Under the pieces are notes generated by a model that did not search any database, was not told the DNA's origin, and saw only the letters and a program-made list of their open reading frames with translations. Position numbers and translations under genes: made by a program. Positions 11,866 to 21,841 of a stretch of DNA of 64,000 bases are shown piece after piece (the first letter of the stretch is position 1; the number at the start of each line of letters is the position of its first letter). The stretch comes from an uncultured Candidatus Rokubacteria bacterium (GTDB taxonomy: Bacteria > Methylomirabilota > Methylomirabilia > Rokubacteriales > DASRDR01), in contig CAVPSB010000002.1 in assembly GCA_963708025.1 (NCBI GenBank), positions 160,001 to 224,000 of the forward strand, in the 5' to 3' direction.

Positions 11866-12585
11866 ATGGTGCGTCGTCTGCTCCTGACGCTCCTCCTCCT
11901 GGCCGGGGCGGCGGCCGCCTCGGCCGAGCCGATCCTCGACGCCTTCGAGGCGGCCGCGCTCGGACCGCTCTGGACGGCCCGCGCGGTGCCGGGGCGCGTC
12001 ACCATCCAGGGGGACATCGTCCGCTCGGGCGCCTCCGCGGTACGGCTCGAGGTGAACGAGGGCGACATGGCCCAGGTGGGCGGTGACAGCGAGGCGACAG
12101 AGCGGGCGGAGATCCGGGAGGCGCGCGGACTCGAGGCGCGCTTCGGCGAGACTCACGAGTATCAGTTCAGCATGTACGTCCCGGTCGACTTCCCCATCGT
12201 CGACACCCGGCTCGTCACCAGCCAGTGGAAGCAGGACTGCGACGTCTGCTCCAGGAACCGGAGCCCGATCGTGGCCCAGCGCTACCGTCGGGGGGTGCTC
12301 CTCGTGACCATCGAGACGCTGAACGGCCGCTCCACGATCTACCGGCATCCCGAGACGATCCAGGGACGGTGGCTCGATCTTCGCTACCGCATCCGGTTCG
12401 GATGGACCGATGGCGCCGTGACGGTCTGGGTGAACGGGGCGCGCGTGGTCGACTACAAGGGGCCGCTCGGCTACCCGGACGACCCACCGCTGGTGCGCTT
12501 CGGGATGGGCCCCTACCGGAACCGGATGAGCCAGCCGATGGTCCTCTACTTCGACGACTACCGGAGGGAGCGCGTGACCGAGTAG
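11866..12585 (+). CDS. Secreted polysaccharide-lyase-like (jelly-roll) protein
   Basis: Signal peptide; ERAE, YQFSMYVP, SQWKQ, G.V.VWVNG..VVDYKG, GPYR, YFDD pattern. Confidence 0.65.
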   Translation: MVRRLLLTLLLLAGAAAASAEPILDAFEAAALGPLWTARAVPGRVTIQGDIVRSGASAVRLEVNEGDMAQVGGDSEATERAEIREARGLEARFGETHEYQFSMYVPVDFPIVDTRLVTSQWKQDCDVCSRNRSPIVAQRYRRGVLLVTIETLNGRSTIYRHPETIQGRWLDLRYRIRFGWTDGAVTVWVNGARVVDYKGPLGYPDDPPLVRFGMGPYRNRMSQPMVLYFDDYRRERVTE

Positions 12586-12679
12586 CGCCGGCCGGCGCCG
12601 ACCTCACGCCGGCCGGCCCCCGTGCCCGCTTCTGGGGCTGCCACCGGGCCTTCGTGGTACCCTTCAGGTCGAGCGCCGC

Positions 12680-13150
12680 ATGGAATTCGAGCGGTTCCTG
12701 GCGGTCTTACGGGCCCTCGAGCGCGAGGGGGTCGAGTACGTGCTCGTCGGCGCGACCGCGCTGGGCCTCCACGGGATCATCCGCGCGACGGAGGACATGG
12801 ACCTGTTCGTCCGCCCGGCCGCCGACAACGTCGAGCGCCTCCGGCGAGCGCTCCGCTCCGTCTGGGACGACCCCGACATCGACCAGATCAGGACGGAGGA
12901 CCTCGCCGGGGAGTTCCCGACGATCCGGTATGGCCCGCCGGGTGAAGACTTCGTCATCGACCTTCTGTCCCGCCTGGGCTCGGCGTTCGGGTTCGACGAT
13001 CTCGAGGCCGAGATCGTGATGGTCGAGGGGATCGGAGTGCGCGTGGCGACCCCCTCGACGCTCTACCGGATGAAGAAGGACACCGTGCGGCCGATCGACC
13101 GGGCGGATGCCGCCGCGCTCAGGGAAAAGTTCGGGCTGCGGGACGGGTAG
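12680..13150 (+). CDS. Minimal DNA-pol-beta-superfamily nucleotidyltransferase
   Basis: YVLVGATALGLHG..RATEDMD motif and K....R.ID..D C-terminus. Confidence 0.75.
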   Translation: MEFERFLAVLRALEREGVEYVLVGATALGLHGIIRATEDMDLFVRPAADNVERLRRALRSVWDDPDIDQIRTEDLAGEFPTIRYGPPGEDFVIDLLSRLGSAFGFDDLEAEIVMVEGIGVRVATPSTLYRMKKDTVRPIDRADAAALREKFGLRDG

Positions 13151-13151
13151 G

Positions 13152-13391
13152 ATGCCGGTCGAGCGCTTCCGGGACCTCGATGCGGCGCGACGGGCGCTGT
13201 GGGCGGCCCGTGACGACCCGAACCTGACCGCCCGCATCCGCCGGCTGTGGAGCATCGCGTCGCGCCTGGTGCCGCTCGGGATCCCGCGAGGCGTCAGGAA
13301 GTTCCGGCGGATCGAGGATGCCAACCGCGAGCGTGAGGCCTGGGTCGAGCGGCGCGTCCGCGGGCTCCGCCGGGAACGGGCTTCGGACTGA
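13152..13391 (+). CDS. Small basic hypothetical protein, partner of the nucleotidyltransferase
   Basis: ATG 1 nt after the NTase stop; internal repeat VERFRDLDAA / VRKFRRIEDA. Confidence 0.6.
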   Translation: MPVERFRDLDAARRALWAARDDPNLTARIRRLWSIASRLVPLGIPRGVRKFRRIEDANREREAWVERRVRGLRRERASD

Positions 13392-13401
13392 GGGCCCCCA
13401 G

Positions 13402-14334
13402 TCAGCCACGCTTCCCGCGTCGCGGCGGCGGGGAGAGGCGTCCCGAGGGCGAGACGACGACCGTCTCGAAGTGCGCGGGCACGGCCACTTCGCTCCTCGG
13501 TGCCACCGCCTTGACCTCGGCGACGAACGACCGCGTCCCCTCCCGGGCCTCGGCCTGGGACGCCCCGAACGGGAGCCCCTGCTCGTCCCAGTGCGTCGCG
13601 ATCACGACTCGGGGCCGACCGAGGGCGCGCAGGAGCCGTCCGGTGTAGTCGTGGATCTCCAGGCGCGGCCACGCGGCCGCGATCAGGACGATCCCCGGTC
13701 GGAGCCCCTGGACCTCGCGCTCGATGTAGTTCATCGAACCGAAGACGAGGATCTGGTGTCCGCCGAGGCGGATCAGGTACGCCAGGGTGCCTCCCTCCAC
13801 GTAGTCGCGGAGCCTGAGGGGCGGCACGACGTCGCGCGATACGATGCCGGAGCTGGAATAGTGCTTGGCGCTCAGGGCGGAGTGGAGACTCGGGACTACC
13901 GCGATCGAGAGGCGTTCGAACTCGTAGTCCTCGCCGCCGCGCACCGTCAGGATCTGCACGTCGGGAACCCCACCGGCTCGGGCGACGTTCGCCGTGCTCT
14001 CGGTGCCGATCACGGTTGCCCCGGTCTTTCGGGCGATGTACGGCATGTCCATGCAGTGATTGAAGTGGGAGTGGGACAGCAGGATGAAGTCGGCCCGCGG
14101 GACGCGGGCGTCGATCGTCGCCGCGTCGGTCGCCGGCACGTCGTCCATGGTGAGCAGCGGGCGGGTGTCGCCGGGAACCGCGACCGCATCCGGCGCACCG
14201 AACGTTCGCCCACTGAAGCGGATGCGCGATAGGTACGGATCGAGGAGCACGGTGTTCCGCCCGTCGCTGATGATCCAGCCGGCGGCGCCCAGGTGCGTGA
14301 GGTGCAATCGCGCTCGGCCGCGCCCCGTTCCCAT
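13402..14334 (-). CDS. MBL-fold metallo-hydrolase
   Basis: HLGAAGW, LLDPYLSR, SHSHFNH (HxHxDH variant), ATHWD. Confidence 0.8.
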   Translation of the reverse strand: MGTGRGRARLHLTHLGAAGWIISDGRNTVLLDPYLSRIRFSGRTFGAPDAVAVPGDTRPLLTMDDVPATDAATIDARVPRADFILLSHSHFNHCMDMPYIARKTGATVIGTESTANVARAGGVPDVQILTVRGGEDYEFERLSIAVVPSLHSALSAKHYSSSGIVSRDVVPPLRLRDYVEGGTLAYLIRLGGHQILVFGSMNYIEREVQGLRPGIVLIAAAWPRLEIHDYTGRLLRALGRPRVVIATHWDEQGLPFGASQAEAREGTRSFVAEVKAVAPRSEVAVPAHFETVVVSPSGRLSPPPRRGKRG

Positions 14335-14354
14335 CACCGACGCCCCGGACGGAC

Positions 14355-15498
14355 CTACCAGAACTCGCGCGAGGCCAGCCGGGCGCCCTCGGCCATGCTC
14401 GCCAGCTTGGCCCAGACCACCCCGGGATCCACGGCGGCCTGACCGACCCAGGTGCCGTAGCCGCAGTCGGTCCCCGCGATGACGTTCTCCCGGCCCACCA
14501 GCTTCGCGTAGCGCCCGATCCGCTGCGCCACCAGCTCGGGGTGCTCGATGAAGTTGCTCTTCGACTCCAGGACCCCGGGGATGAGGACCTTGCCCTCGGG
14601 CAGCCGGACGCGCTCGAACAGCCGCCACTCGTGGGCGTGGCGGGGGTTGGCGGCCTCGAACGAGATGCCGCTCGGCCGGGCGGCGAGCACGATGTCGATG
14701 ATGTCCGCCAGCGGCACGTCGTGGTGGTGCGGACCCTCGTAGTTGCCCCAGCACACGTGCATGCGGACCCGGTCGGGCGGGACGTTGGCCAGGGCGTGGT
14801 CGAGGGCCTCCACGTGCAGTCGCGCCATCTTTCGGAACTGCTCGAGGCTCAGGTCGGCGAACTGGATGTGCCGGCCCATGGCGAGGTCCGGGCAGTCGAC
14901 CTGCAGCACGAAGCCGGCCTCGACCACCGCCTCGTACTCGTGACGCATCGCGTCCGCGATGCCGGCCAGGTAGGCTTCGTGGCTCGGGTAGTGGTCGTTG
15001 CGGAAGAAGAGGGAGATGACGCCCGGCGAGGCCGCCGTCAGGAAGGCCTCCTCGGCGCGGGTGGCGGCCAGCGCCGCCCTCAGGTTCTCCGCGTCGGCGA
15101 CCGCGGCCTGCGGATCGCGCACGCTGATCGGCCCGTCGCAGGCCGGGGTCCGGCGCCGCGACCGTCCGGGATCGCCGAAGACCCGCTTGGCCAGCTCGGG
15201 GAAGTCCACCAGGTCGCGGTACCGGAGCGACTGGCTCGCGCCGCCGAACCCGGCCAGGCGATCCTTGACGTAGGTGGCATAGCTCGGCTTGCTGAGCTCG
15301 CCGTCGCTGACGATGTCCACGCCGGCCTCGGCCTGCTTGCGGACGACCTCGGCGACGGCCGAGCGGATGCGCGCGGCCAGGGCCCCGCGGTCGACGGGCA
15401 CGCCCTCCTCCCGGGCGAACATCATGCGGACCAGGTCGTCGGGCCGCGGCAGGCTGCCCGGCGTGCGTGGTGAGGAACCGATCCGTGCTGCGCTTGAT
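14355..15498 (-). CDS. Cobalamin-independent methionine synthase II-family (MetE-like) Zn enzyme, frameshift near 15458
   Basis: TTHAG/SLPRP N-terminus split across frames; SDGE, MHVCWGN, GTDCG Zn ligands. ATC sits where the paralog at 54766 has ATG. Confidence 0.85.
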
Positions 15499-15603
15499 TG
15501 GGACCTCCCGCCTACCCGATCGTCCGACGGCCTTCGGCCTTTGGCCCCCCTCCCCCACCCATGGACGGCCTTCGGCCTTTGGCCGGGGGGGAGGGGGGGG
15601 TCG
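15499..15603 (-). repeat. Family A element (C-tract/G-tract hairpin ending in GGGAGGTCCC RBS), copy 1
   Basis: Reverse complement matches the copies at 48160, 54681, 55911 and 58941. Confidence 0.8.
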
Positions 15604-15628
15604 GAAGGGGCTTCACTTGACTCGGCTC

Positions 15629-16787
15629 TCAGCCGGCGAGGGTGAAGCGGGGGTCGGCGGCGGGGATCGGCACCTCGGGGAGCTTCAACTCACGGCGGAC
15701 GAGGTTGGCGCCGAGGTTGATCGCCACGCACTTGTAGAAGGCGATCCGCCGGGCGAGCCCCTCCCGGCCGAACCCGCAGTCGGTGGAGAGGATGAGCCGC
15801 TCGGGCGGCACGTACTCGAGCGCCTTCCGGATCAGGCCGGCCACCACCTCCGGCGGCTCCACGGCCGCGCTGGTGTGGCTGACCACGCCGATCGCGATCT
15901 TCTTGTCGGTGCGGTACCGGCCGAGGAGCGGGAGGTCGCGCCCGCCCGTCGAGGCGCACTCGAGCGTGAGGACGTCGGCGGTGGTCTGCAGGAGATACGG
16001 GAGCGCGCGCTCGTAGGACGGGCGCTCCCAGTAGAGCGGCTGCTGGTTCGGGTTGCCCCAGCAGGTGTGGAGCCAGACCTCGGTCTCCACGCCCCGGATC
16101 TCGCGGTTGACGGCGTCGGTGAAGAACTGGAGATCGGCGTCGGTGGTGCTCGCGTCGACGGTGGCGCTGTGGTGGCGGGGCTCCTCGACCTGGATGACGC
16201 GGCATCCGGCCGCCGCCACCGCCCGGAGCTCGGCGTTGAAGACGTCGGCGACGTCGAGGATCAGCTCGCGCTCGGAGGCGTAGTGCCGGTTCACCAGCAT
16301 CTTGGCCAGCGTCTGGGCGCTGATGGCCCCGAACTTCACCGGCCGGTCGGTGAGCCGCTGGGCCATGCGCCAGAGCGCCGCGTACTGGAGGGGGCCGGCC
16401 CCGATCTTCTCGCCCACCAGGGCCGGCTGGTAGGCCTCCATCACCTCGTAGAGGATGTGGCCCGGCTGGAGCGTCCACCCCGAGGCCCGGGTCCGGTCCA
16501 CGTGACCGGTGATCCCGGTGAGCCGCTCGATCGGGTAGTAGAACCAGGACTTCCCCCCGACGGTGAGGTCGAAGCGGGAGTCTCCGTCGGTCACGATGTC
16601 AAGGCCGGCCCGGACCTGCTCGCCGATGCAGGCACTGCACGGCGTCGAGGTACTGCTCGCGGAAGACGCTGTCGCCCAGCGCCTCCTTGAACGGCCGGCC
16701 GCGCAGCCCCTCGGTGAACCAGGACGGTCGCGGGTAGGAGCCGGTGATCGTCGTCGGCAGCACGAGGTCGCGGGTCGCGTTCAGCAC
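15629..16787 (-). CDS. Second MetE-like (Meth_synt_2) Zn enzyme, frameshift near 16630
   Basis: TTITGSYPRP N-terminus; TDGD, WLHTCWGN, STDCGFG. Confidence 0.85.
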
Positions 16788-16883
16788 GCGGCTAACGCTA
16801 CCAACAGCCGGACGGGGAGGCAAGGGCCCTTCCCCCGCGGGCCGCGCTGGTATAGAGTCGTGGCCCAGGAGAGGAGGCCCTTC

Positions 16884-18094
16884 ATGACGCCGACCGCGCC
16901 CCGCCCTGACCGCGCTCGCCCTCGTCCTCCTGCTGTCGCTGGCCGTGTCCCAGCCGGTGCTGCCGGCGCCGGCCGGCCCGCCGGTCCGCGTGGGCAGCAC
17001 GCTGGCGCTCACGGGGCCGCTGGCGGCGACCGCCCTCGTGCACAAGATCGTGGGCGAGATCTACGTCGAGGAGCTGAACAAGAAGAACGGCCTGCTGGGC
17101 CGTCCGGTGGAGTGGGTGCTGCTGGACGACCAGTCCAAGCCGGACCTCGCCCGCACGCTGTACGAGAAGCTGATCACGGTCGACAAGGTGGACCTCCTCC
17201 TCGGGCCGTACGCCACCGGGGCGATCCTCTCCGCCATGGGGGTGGCCCAGCGGTACGACAAGCTGCTGGTGCACCACACCTTCGGCATCCCCCACCTGGC
17301 CAAGTACGAGCGACAGTTCCCGACCTGGGCGATCGGGCCCGAGCCGGGCCGGACGTTCCCGAACCTGCTGTTCGACGCGCTGGCGGCCAGCGCCAAGCCC
17401 CCCAAGACGATCGCCGTCGTGACCGACAAGTTCCCGTCGGTGCACTTCATGTCAACCGGGGCCCGCGAGGTCGCCCAGAAGCGCGGCCTTCGCGAGGCGC
17501 TCTATCTCGAGTTCGAGTTCGGCACCCGGGACTTCGGGCCGATCGCGGCCCGGATCAAGGACGCCAATCCCGGACTTCCTGTGGGTGGGCGCCATCGGGC
17601 TCGACGGCAACATGATCCTGGAGGCGCTCCGGAAGATCGACTACACGCCGCGCAGCCACTTCTACCTCTACCCCGCCCCCGGGCCGCTGGCCAAGGCCCC
17701 CGACGGCAAGTTCGCCCTGGCGACGACGGTGTTCGAGGAGCATCCGCCGTTCACCAACAACCCGGTCGCGGCCGAGTTCGTCAAGCTCTTCCGCGAGCGG
17801 GCGGCCAAGGCCGGGCTGCCCTACCAGGCGGTCGACGTCCAGGCCGCCGCCTCGTACACCGCCTGGCAGCTCCTGGAGGCCTCGGTGACCGCCACCAAGA
17901 GCCTGGACGACAAGGTCCTGGCCCAGTGGCTCAAGACGAACCGCGTCGACACGATCCTCGGCAAGCTGCGCTTCGACGGCCCGAACAACTACGGCGACGA
18001 CCTGTCGAAGGTGAAGCAGGTGCAGGACGGGAAGTGGGTGGTGGTGTGGCCGAAGGAGTATGCGGCGCCGGGCGTCCAGCTCGTCGTCCCCTGA
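16884..18094 (+). CDS. Branched-chain amino acid-type ABC substrate-binding protein, frameshifts near 16905 and 17570
   Basis: RBS GGAGAGGAGG with ATG 16884; VRVGSTLALTG, LLDDQS, VDLLLGPY; C-terminal half in ORF 17585..18094. Confidence 0.8.
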
Positions 18095-18109
18095 GCCGAC
18101 CGGGCCGAT

Positions 18110-18235
18110 GGCCGTCGCCCCGGGTCGTCCTCGGCGCGAGCCGCGCCTCGACGTATGCGGCATACGCCTCGGCGCGGCTCGCGCCTGCGTCCTACCGGTG
18201 CTCGGCCCTCGGCCCGGTCGGACGCCCCGGGTCGC
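18110..18235. repeat. Family C palindromic element (GTATGCGGCATAC core)
   Basis: CTCGACGTATGCGGCATACGCCTCGG matches the core at ~25074. Confidence 0.6.
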
Positions 18236-18291
18236 TGCCCGGCCAGCGCGCCGGTACCGGTTGAACGCAGCCGACGGCTAACCGGCGACGC

Positions 18292-19149
18292 GTGCCCGTG
18301 CCGAGCCTGACGCTCCTCGGGCAGTCGGTCCTGTCCGGGATCTTCATCGGCGGGCTCTACGGGCTCCTCGGGCTCGGGCTCAGCCTGTCCTGGGGCCTGC
18401 TGCGTCTCATCAACCTCGCGTACTTCGCCCTGGCCTTTCTGGGCGCCTACCTCACGTACGCGCTGGCGTCCGGCCTCCACCTCGACCCGCTCCTGACCCT
18501 GCTGCTCATCGTGCCCGCGTTCTTCGTGATCGGCGTGGCCCTCCAGGCGCTCTTCGCCCGCTTCGGCGTCACCCAGTTCACCTCGCTGCTCGTCACCTTC
18601 GGGATCACGGTGGCCATCGAGAGCCTGATCCAGTGGATCTGGACGGCCGACTTCCGACGGCTGGAGACCCCGTACGGCACCACCTCCCTGCGCGTGGGCG
18701 GGCTCTTCCTTCCGGTGGCCGAGCTGCTCGCGCTCCTGACCGCGGTGGCCCTGGCCGGACTCACCTGGGCCTGGCTTCGCTTCACCTGGGTGGGCAAGGC
18801 CATGCGGGCCAGCGCCGAGGATCCCCAGATCGCGGCCGCATTCGGGGTGAATCACCGCCGGCTGGCCTTGCTGCTGTCGGGGATCGGCGCCGCCTACGCC
18901 GGCGTCGCCGGCGCCTTCGTCGCGCTGATCTACACGCTGGCGCCGGCCCAGATCTACACGTGGATCGGCGTCGTGTTCGCGGCCGTGATCATCGGCGGGC
19001 TGGGCAACCCGCTCGGCCCCCTGGTGGCCGGGGTGGTGATCGGCGTCAGCGAGGCGGTGACGATGGCGGTCACCGCCCCCGCCTGGGCCCCCCTCGTCTC
19101 GTTCTCGCTGCTGATCCTGGTGCTGCTACTCCGCCCGGAGCGGCTGTAG
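18292..19149 (+). CDS. livH: Branched-chain amino acid ABC permease
   Basis: GLSLSWGLLRLINLA, GKAMRA, IIGGLG. Confidence 0.88.
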   Translation: MPVPSLTLLGQSVLSGIFIGGLYGLLGLGLSLSWGLLRLINLAYFALAFLGAYLTYALASGLHLDPLLTLLLIVPAFFVIGVALQALFARFGVTQFTSLLVTFGITVAIESLIQWIWTADFRRLETPYGTTSLRVGGLFLPVAELLALLTAVALAGLTWAWLRFTWVGKAMRASAEDPQIAAAFGVNHRRLALLLSGIGAAYAGVAGAFVALIYTLAPAQIYTWIGVVFAAVIIGGLGNPLGPLVAGVVIGVSEAVTMAVTAPAWAPLVSFSLLILVLLLRPERL

Positions 19150-19160
19150 CGGGCGAGGCC

Positions 19161-19350
19161 GATGAGCTTCGCATCGTCGATCTCGGTCGTGACGCGCTCG
19201 GCCTACGGCCTCGCGTCCGTCCCGACCTATGGTCGTCCTCGGTCGTCGCCGATCCTCGGCGTACTCGGAGTACGCCTGCGGTCGGCGACTCCCTGCGTCG
19301 ATTGGACGGCCTTCGGCCTGTGGGCGCTGCTCGCTCCTCGGCCTCGCCCG
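19161..19350. repeat. Family C palindromic element
   Basis: 19241-19350 is nearly identical to 25060-25169; contains GCGTACTCGGAGTACGC and GGCCTTCGGCC hairpins. Confidence 0.8.
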
Positions 19351-19399
19351 AGTACTTGACCCTTCTGTCATGACTTCGGCGATTCGAGGAACCTAGCGC

Positions 19400-21145
19400 A
19401 TGGGACGTCTTGGTCCGCTGGCGGGGTTCGCGGCCGCTGGCCTCGGACTCGCCCTGCTGCCCGTGCTGAAGCCGCCCGCCTTCTACGAGTCGTTCCTCTA
19501 CCTCGTGTTCCACTGGGTGGCGCTGGCGACGAGCTGGACGATCCTGAGCGGGTACTCCGGCTACTTCAGCTTCGGCCACGGCGCGTTCTTCGGGGCCGGG
19601 ATGTACACGACCGCCACGCTGGCCGCCGCCGGGAGCGTGCCGTTCCTCGCGACCCTCCCGCTGGCCGGGCTCGCGGCCGCCGCCTTCGGCGTGGGCGTGG
19701 GCGCGGTGGTCTTCCGGGTGCGGCGGCTCCGCGGCGAGCTGTTCGCGCTCGTCACCCTCGCCGTGACGTTCGTCCTGGCGACGATCGTCCTCAACACGCG
19801 GATCGACGGCGGCCCCGGCGTGTACCTGAGCGGGGTGCCGCTGCCGCGCGTCGCCGGGTCGGCCACCACGACGCTCTACCTGCTCGCGCTGGGCGTCGCG
19901 CTGGGCACGGTGGCGACCGCCTACGCGGTCTTCCACGCGCGCTGGGGAGTGGGGCTCTTCGCCATCCACGACGACGAGGACGTGGCGGAGGTCATGGGCG
20001 TCCCCGCCTATCGCTACAAGCTCGCCGCCGTCGGGCTGTCCTGCGGCCTGGCCGGCGTGGCGGGCGGCATCCACGCCATGTTCGTCAGCTACGTCACGGT
20101 GGCCGAGACGTTCTCGATCATCGTGCCGCTTTACGTCGTGCTGATGAGCGTCCTGGGTGGGGCGCGGCACTGGCTGGGCCCGGCGGTGGGGGCGACGCTC
20201 ATCACGGTCCTCATGTACGCGTTCACCGGGAGCCAGATGGCGGTGGCCGGGCGAGCGGTGGTGGGGCTCACCCTGACCCTGGTCATCCTGTTCCTGCCCG
20301 GCGGCGTGACCGGTCTCGCCACCCGGTGGCGGCGGCGGGCGGCACCGCGAGTGGAGCCGCCAGCCGAGCCGGCGTCGTCCGCCGGGCGAGCCGCGTCACC
20401 GCCACGGCGAATGCCGGAGGGGCCGCTGCTCGTCTGCGCCGACGTGCAGAAGGCCTTCCGCGGCCTGCAGGCGCTGGACGGCGTGAGCCTCGAGGTCCGC
20501 TCCGGGGAGATCGTCGGGCTCGTCGGCCCGAACGGCTCCGGCAAGTCCACGCTGATCAACGTCGTGAGCGGCCACTACCGGCCCGACGGCGGCCGCATCC
20601 TCCTCGGCGGCGTTGACATCGCCGGGCACGAGGCGCACCGGATCGCCCGGCTCGGCGTCTCGCGCACCTATCAGATCCCGCGGCCCTTCGCCCACCTGAC
20701 GGTCCGGGACAACGTGGCGGTGGCCGCCATGTTCGGACGCACGGCCCACGATCGGCGAACCGCCGAGCGCGAGGCGGCTCGCTGGCTGGAGTTCACGGGC
20801 CTCGCCGGCCGGGCGGACGTGCTGCCGGCCGCGCTCAACCTGCACCAGCGGAAGTTCCTGGAGCTGGCCCGAGCGCTGGCCTCCGAGCCCGGGCTCGTCC
20901 TGCTCGACGAGGTGCTGTCGGGGCTGACGCCGTCGGAGATGAGCGACGCCACCCGGCTGGTCCGTGAGATCCGGGATCGCGGGGCGACCGTCGTGTTCGT
21001 CGAGCACATCATGCGGGTCGTGATGGACCTGGCCGACCAGGTGGTCGTGCTCGACCACGGCCAGGTCATCGGGCGCGGCGCGCCAAGGGAGGTCATGCGG
21101 CACGCCGACGTCGTCCAAGCGTACCTGGGGAAGGCCCATGCTTGA
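19400..21145 (+). CDS. Fused LivM permease / LivG ATPase
   Basis: N-terminal SGYSGYFSFGHGAFFG permease; C-terminal GPNGSGKST, SRTYQ, LLDE in a single ORF. Confidence 0.9.
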   Translation: MGRLGPLAGFAAAGLGLALLPVLKPPAFYESFLYLVFHWVALATSWTILSGYSGYFSFGHGAFFGAGMYTTATLAAAGSVPFLATLPLAGLAAAAFGVGVGAVVFRVRRLRGELFALVTLAVTFVLATIVLNTRIDGGPGVYLSGVPLPRVAGSATTTLYLLALGVALGTVATAYAVFHARWGVGLFAIHDDEDVAEVMGVPAYRYKLAAVGLSCGLAGVAGGIHAMFVSYVTVAETFSIIVPLYVVLMSVLGGARHWLGPAVGATLITVLMYAFTGSQMAVAGRAVVGLTLTLVILFLPGGVTGLATRWRRRAAPRVEPPAEPASSAGRAASPPRRMPEGPLLVCADVQKAFRGLQALDGVSLEVRSGEIVGLVGPNGSGKSTLINVVSGHYRPDGGRILLGGVDIAGHEAHRIARLGVSRTYQIPRPFAHLTVRDNVAVAAMFGRTAHDRRTAEREAARWLEFTGLAGRADVLPAALNLHQRKFLELARALASEPGLVLLDEVLSGLTPSEMSDATRLVREIRDRGATVVFVEHIMRVVMDLADQVVVLDHGQVIGRGAPREVMRHADVVQAYLGKAHA

Positions 21146-21317
21146 GACCGAGCGGCAGCCGCGCTCCCCGTCGAGCTCGCGGGGGCAGGCCGTCGAGCGT
21201 GCGCCGGGCCGCTGCTCGCCGAGCCCCGAGACCAGGAGGACCCGAGGCGCGGATGCTGGACGGCCGGAGCGGCCTCTGGTAGTGTGCCAGACGAGGGTCG
21301 GAGTGGGAGGGGCGACG

Positions 21318-21533
21318 ATGCGGAACGAGTTCACCGCGGTGATCGAGCGCGACGGTGAGTGGTACGTCGCCTACTGTCTGGAGATTCCCGGCGCGAACGG
21401 GCAGGGGCGGACGAAGGACGAGGCCCGGGAGAGTCTGGCCGAGGCCATCGCCCTGATTCTCGAAGACCGCCGCGAGGAAGGGCTGCGCGGCGTCCCGCCC
21501 GATGCCATCCGGGAGACCGTCACGGTCACGTGA
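21318..21533 (+). CDS. hicB: HicB-family antitoxin (short, no DNA-binding domain)
   Basis: FTAVIERDGEWYVAYCLEIPGANGQGRTKDEARESLAEAI; RBS GGGAGG. Confidence 0.9.
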   Translation: MRNEFTAVIERDGEWYVAYCLEIPGANGQGRTKDEARESLAEAIALILEDRREEGLRGVPPDAIRETVTVT

Positions 21534-21727
21534 AGCGAAGCAGCCTGCTCCGGCACCTCCGGAGGCACGGCTGCTTCCTCAAGCGGGAGGGCCGGGCGCA
21601 CTCCCTCTGGTCCAACCCAGCCACGGGAGCCGTCGAGGCCATCCCCCGCCACACCGAGATCGCCAACCTGCTGACTCGGAAGATCTGCCGGAATCTCGGC
21701 GTGCCCGAGCCCGGGGGCGAGGAGTAG
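21530..21727 (+). CDS. hicA: HicA-family mRNA interferase toxin
   Basis: GTG overlaps the hicB stop; LRRHGCFLKREGRAHSLW...IPRHTEI...ICRNLG. Confidence 0.9.
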   Translation: MKRSSLLRHLRRHGCFLKREGRAHSLWSNPATGAVEAIPRHTEIANLLTRKICRNLGVPEPGGEE

Positions 21728-21841
21728 CGCGGCAGGCTTCGCAACGGCGGATCCGGCGACCTGGCCAGGTCATCGCGCACGGCGCGCCGGGGGAGGTCAT
21801 GCGGCCCGCCGACGTCGTCCAGGCGTATCTGGGGAAGGCCC

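Noticed and set aside
19400-21145. LivM-LivG fusion as a novelty
   Set aside because: Permease-ATPase fusions of this type are already known.
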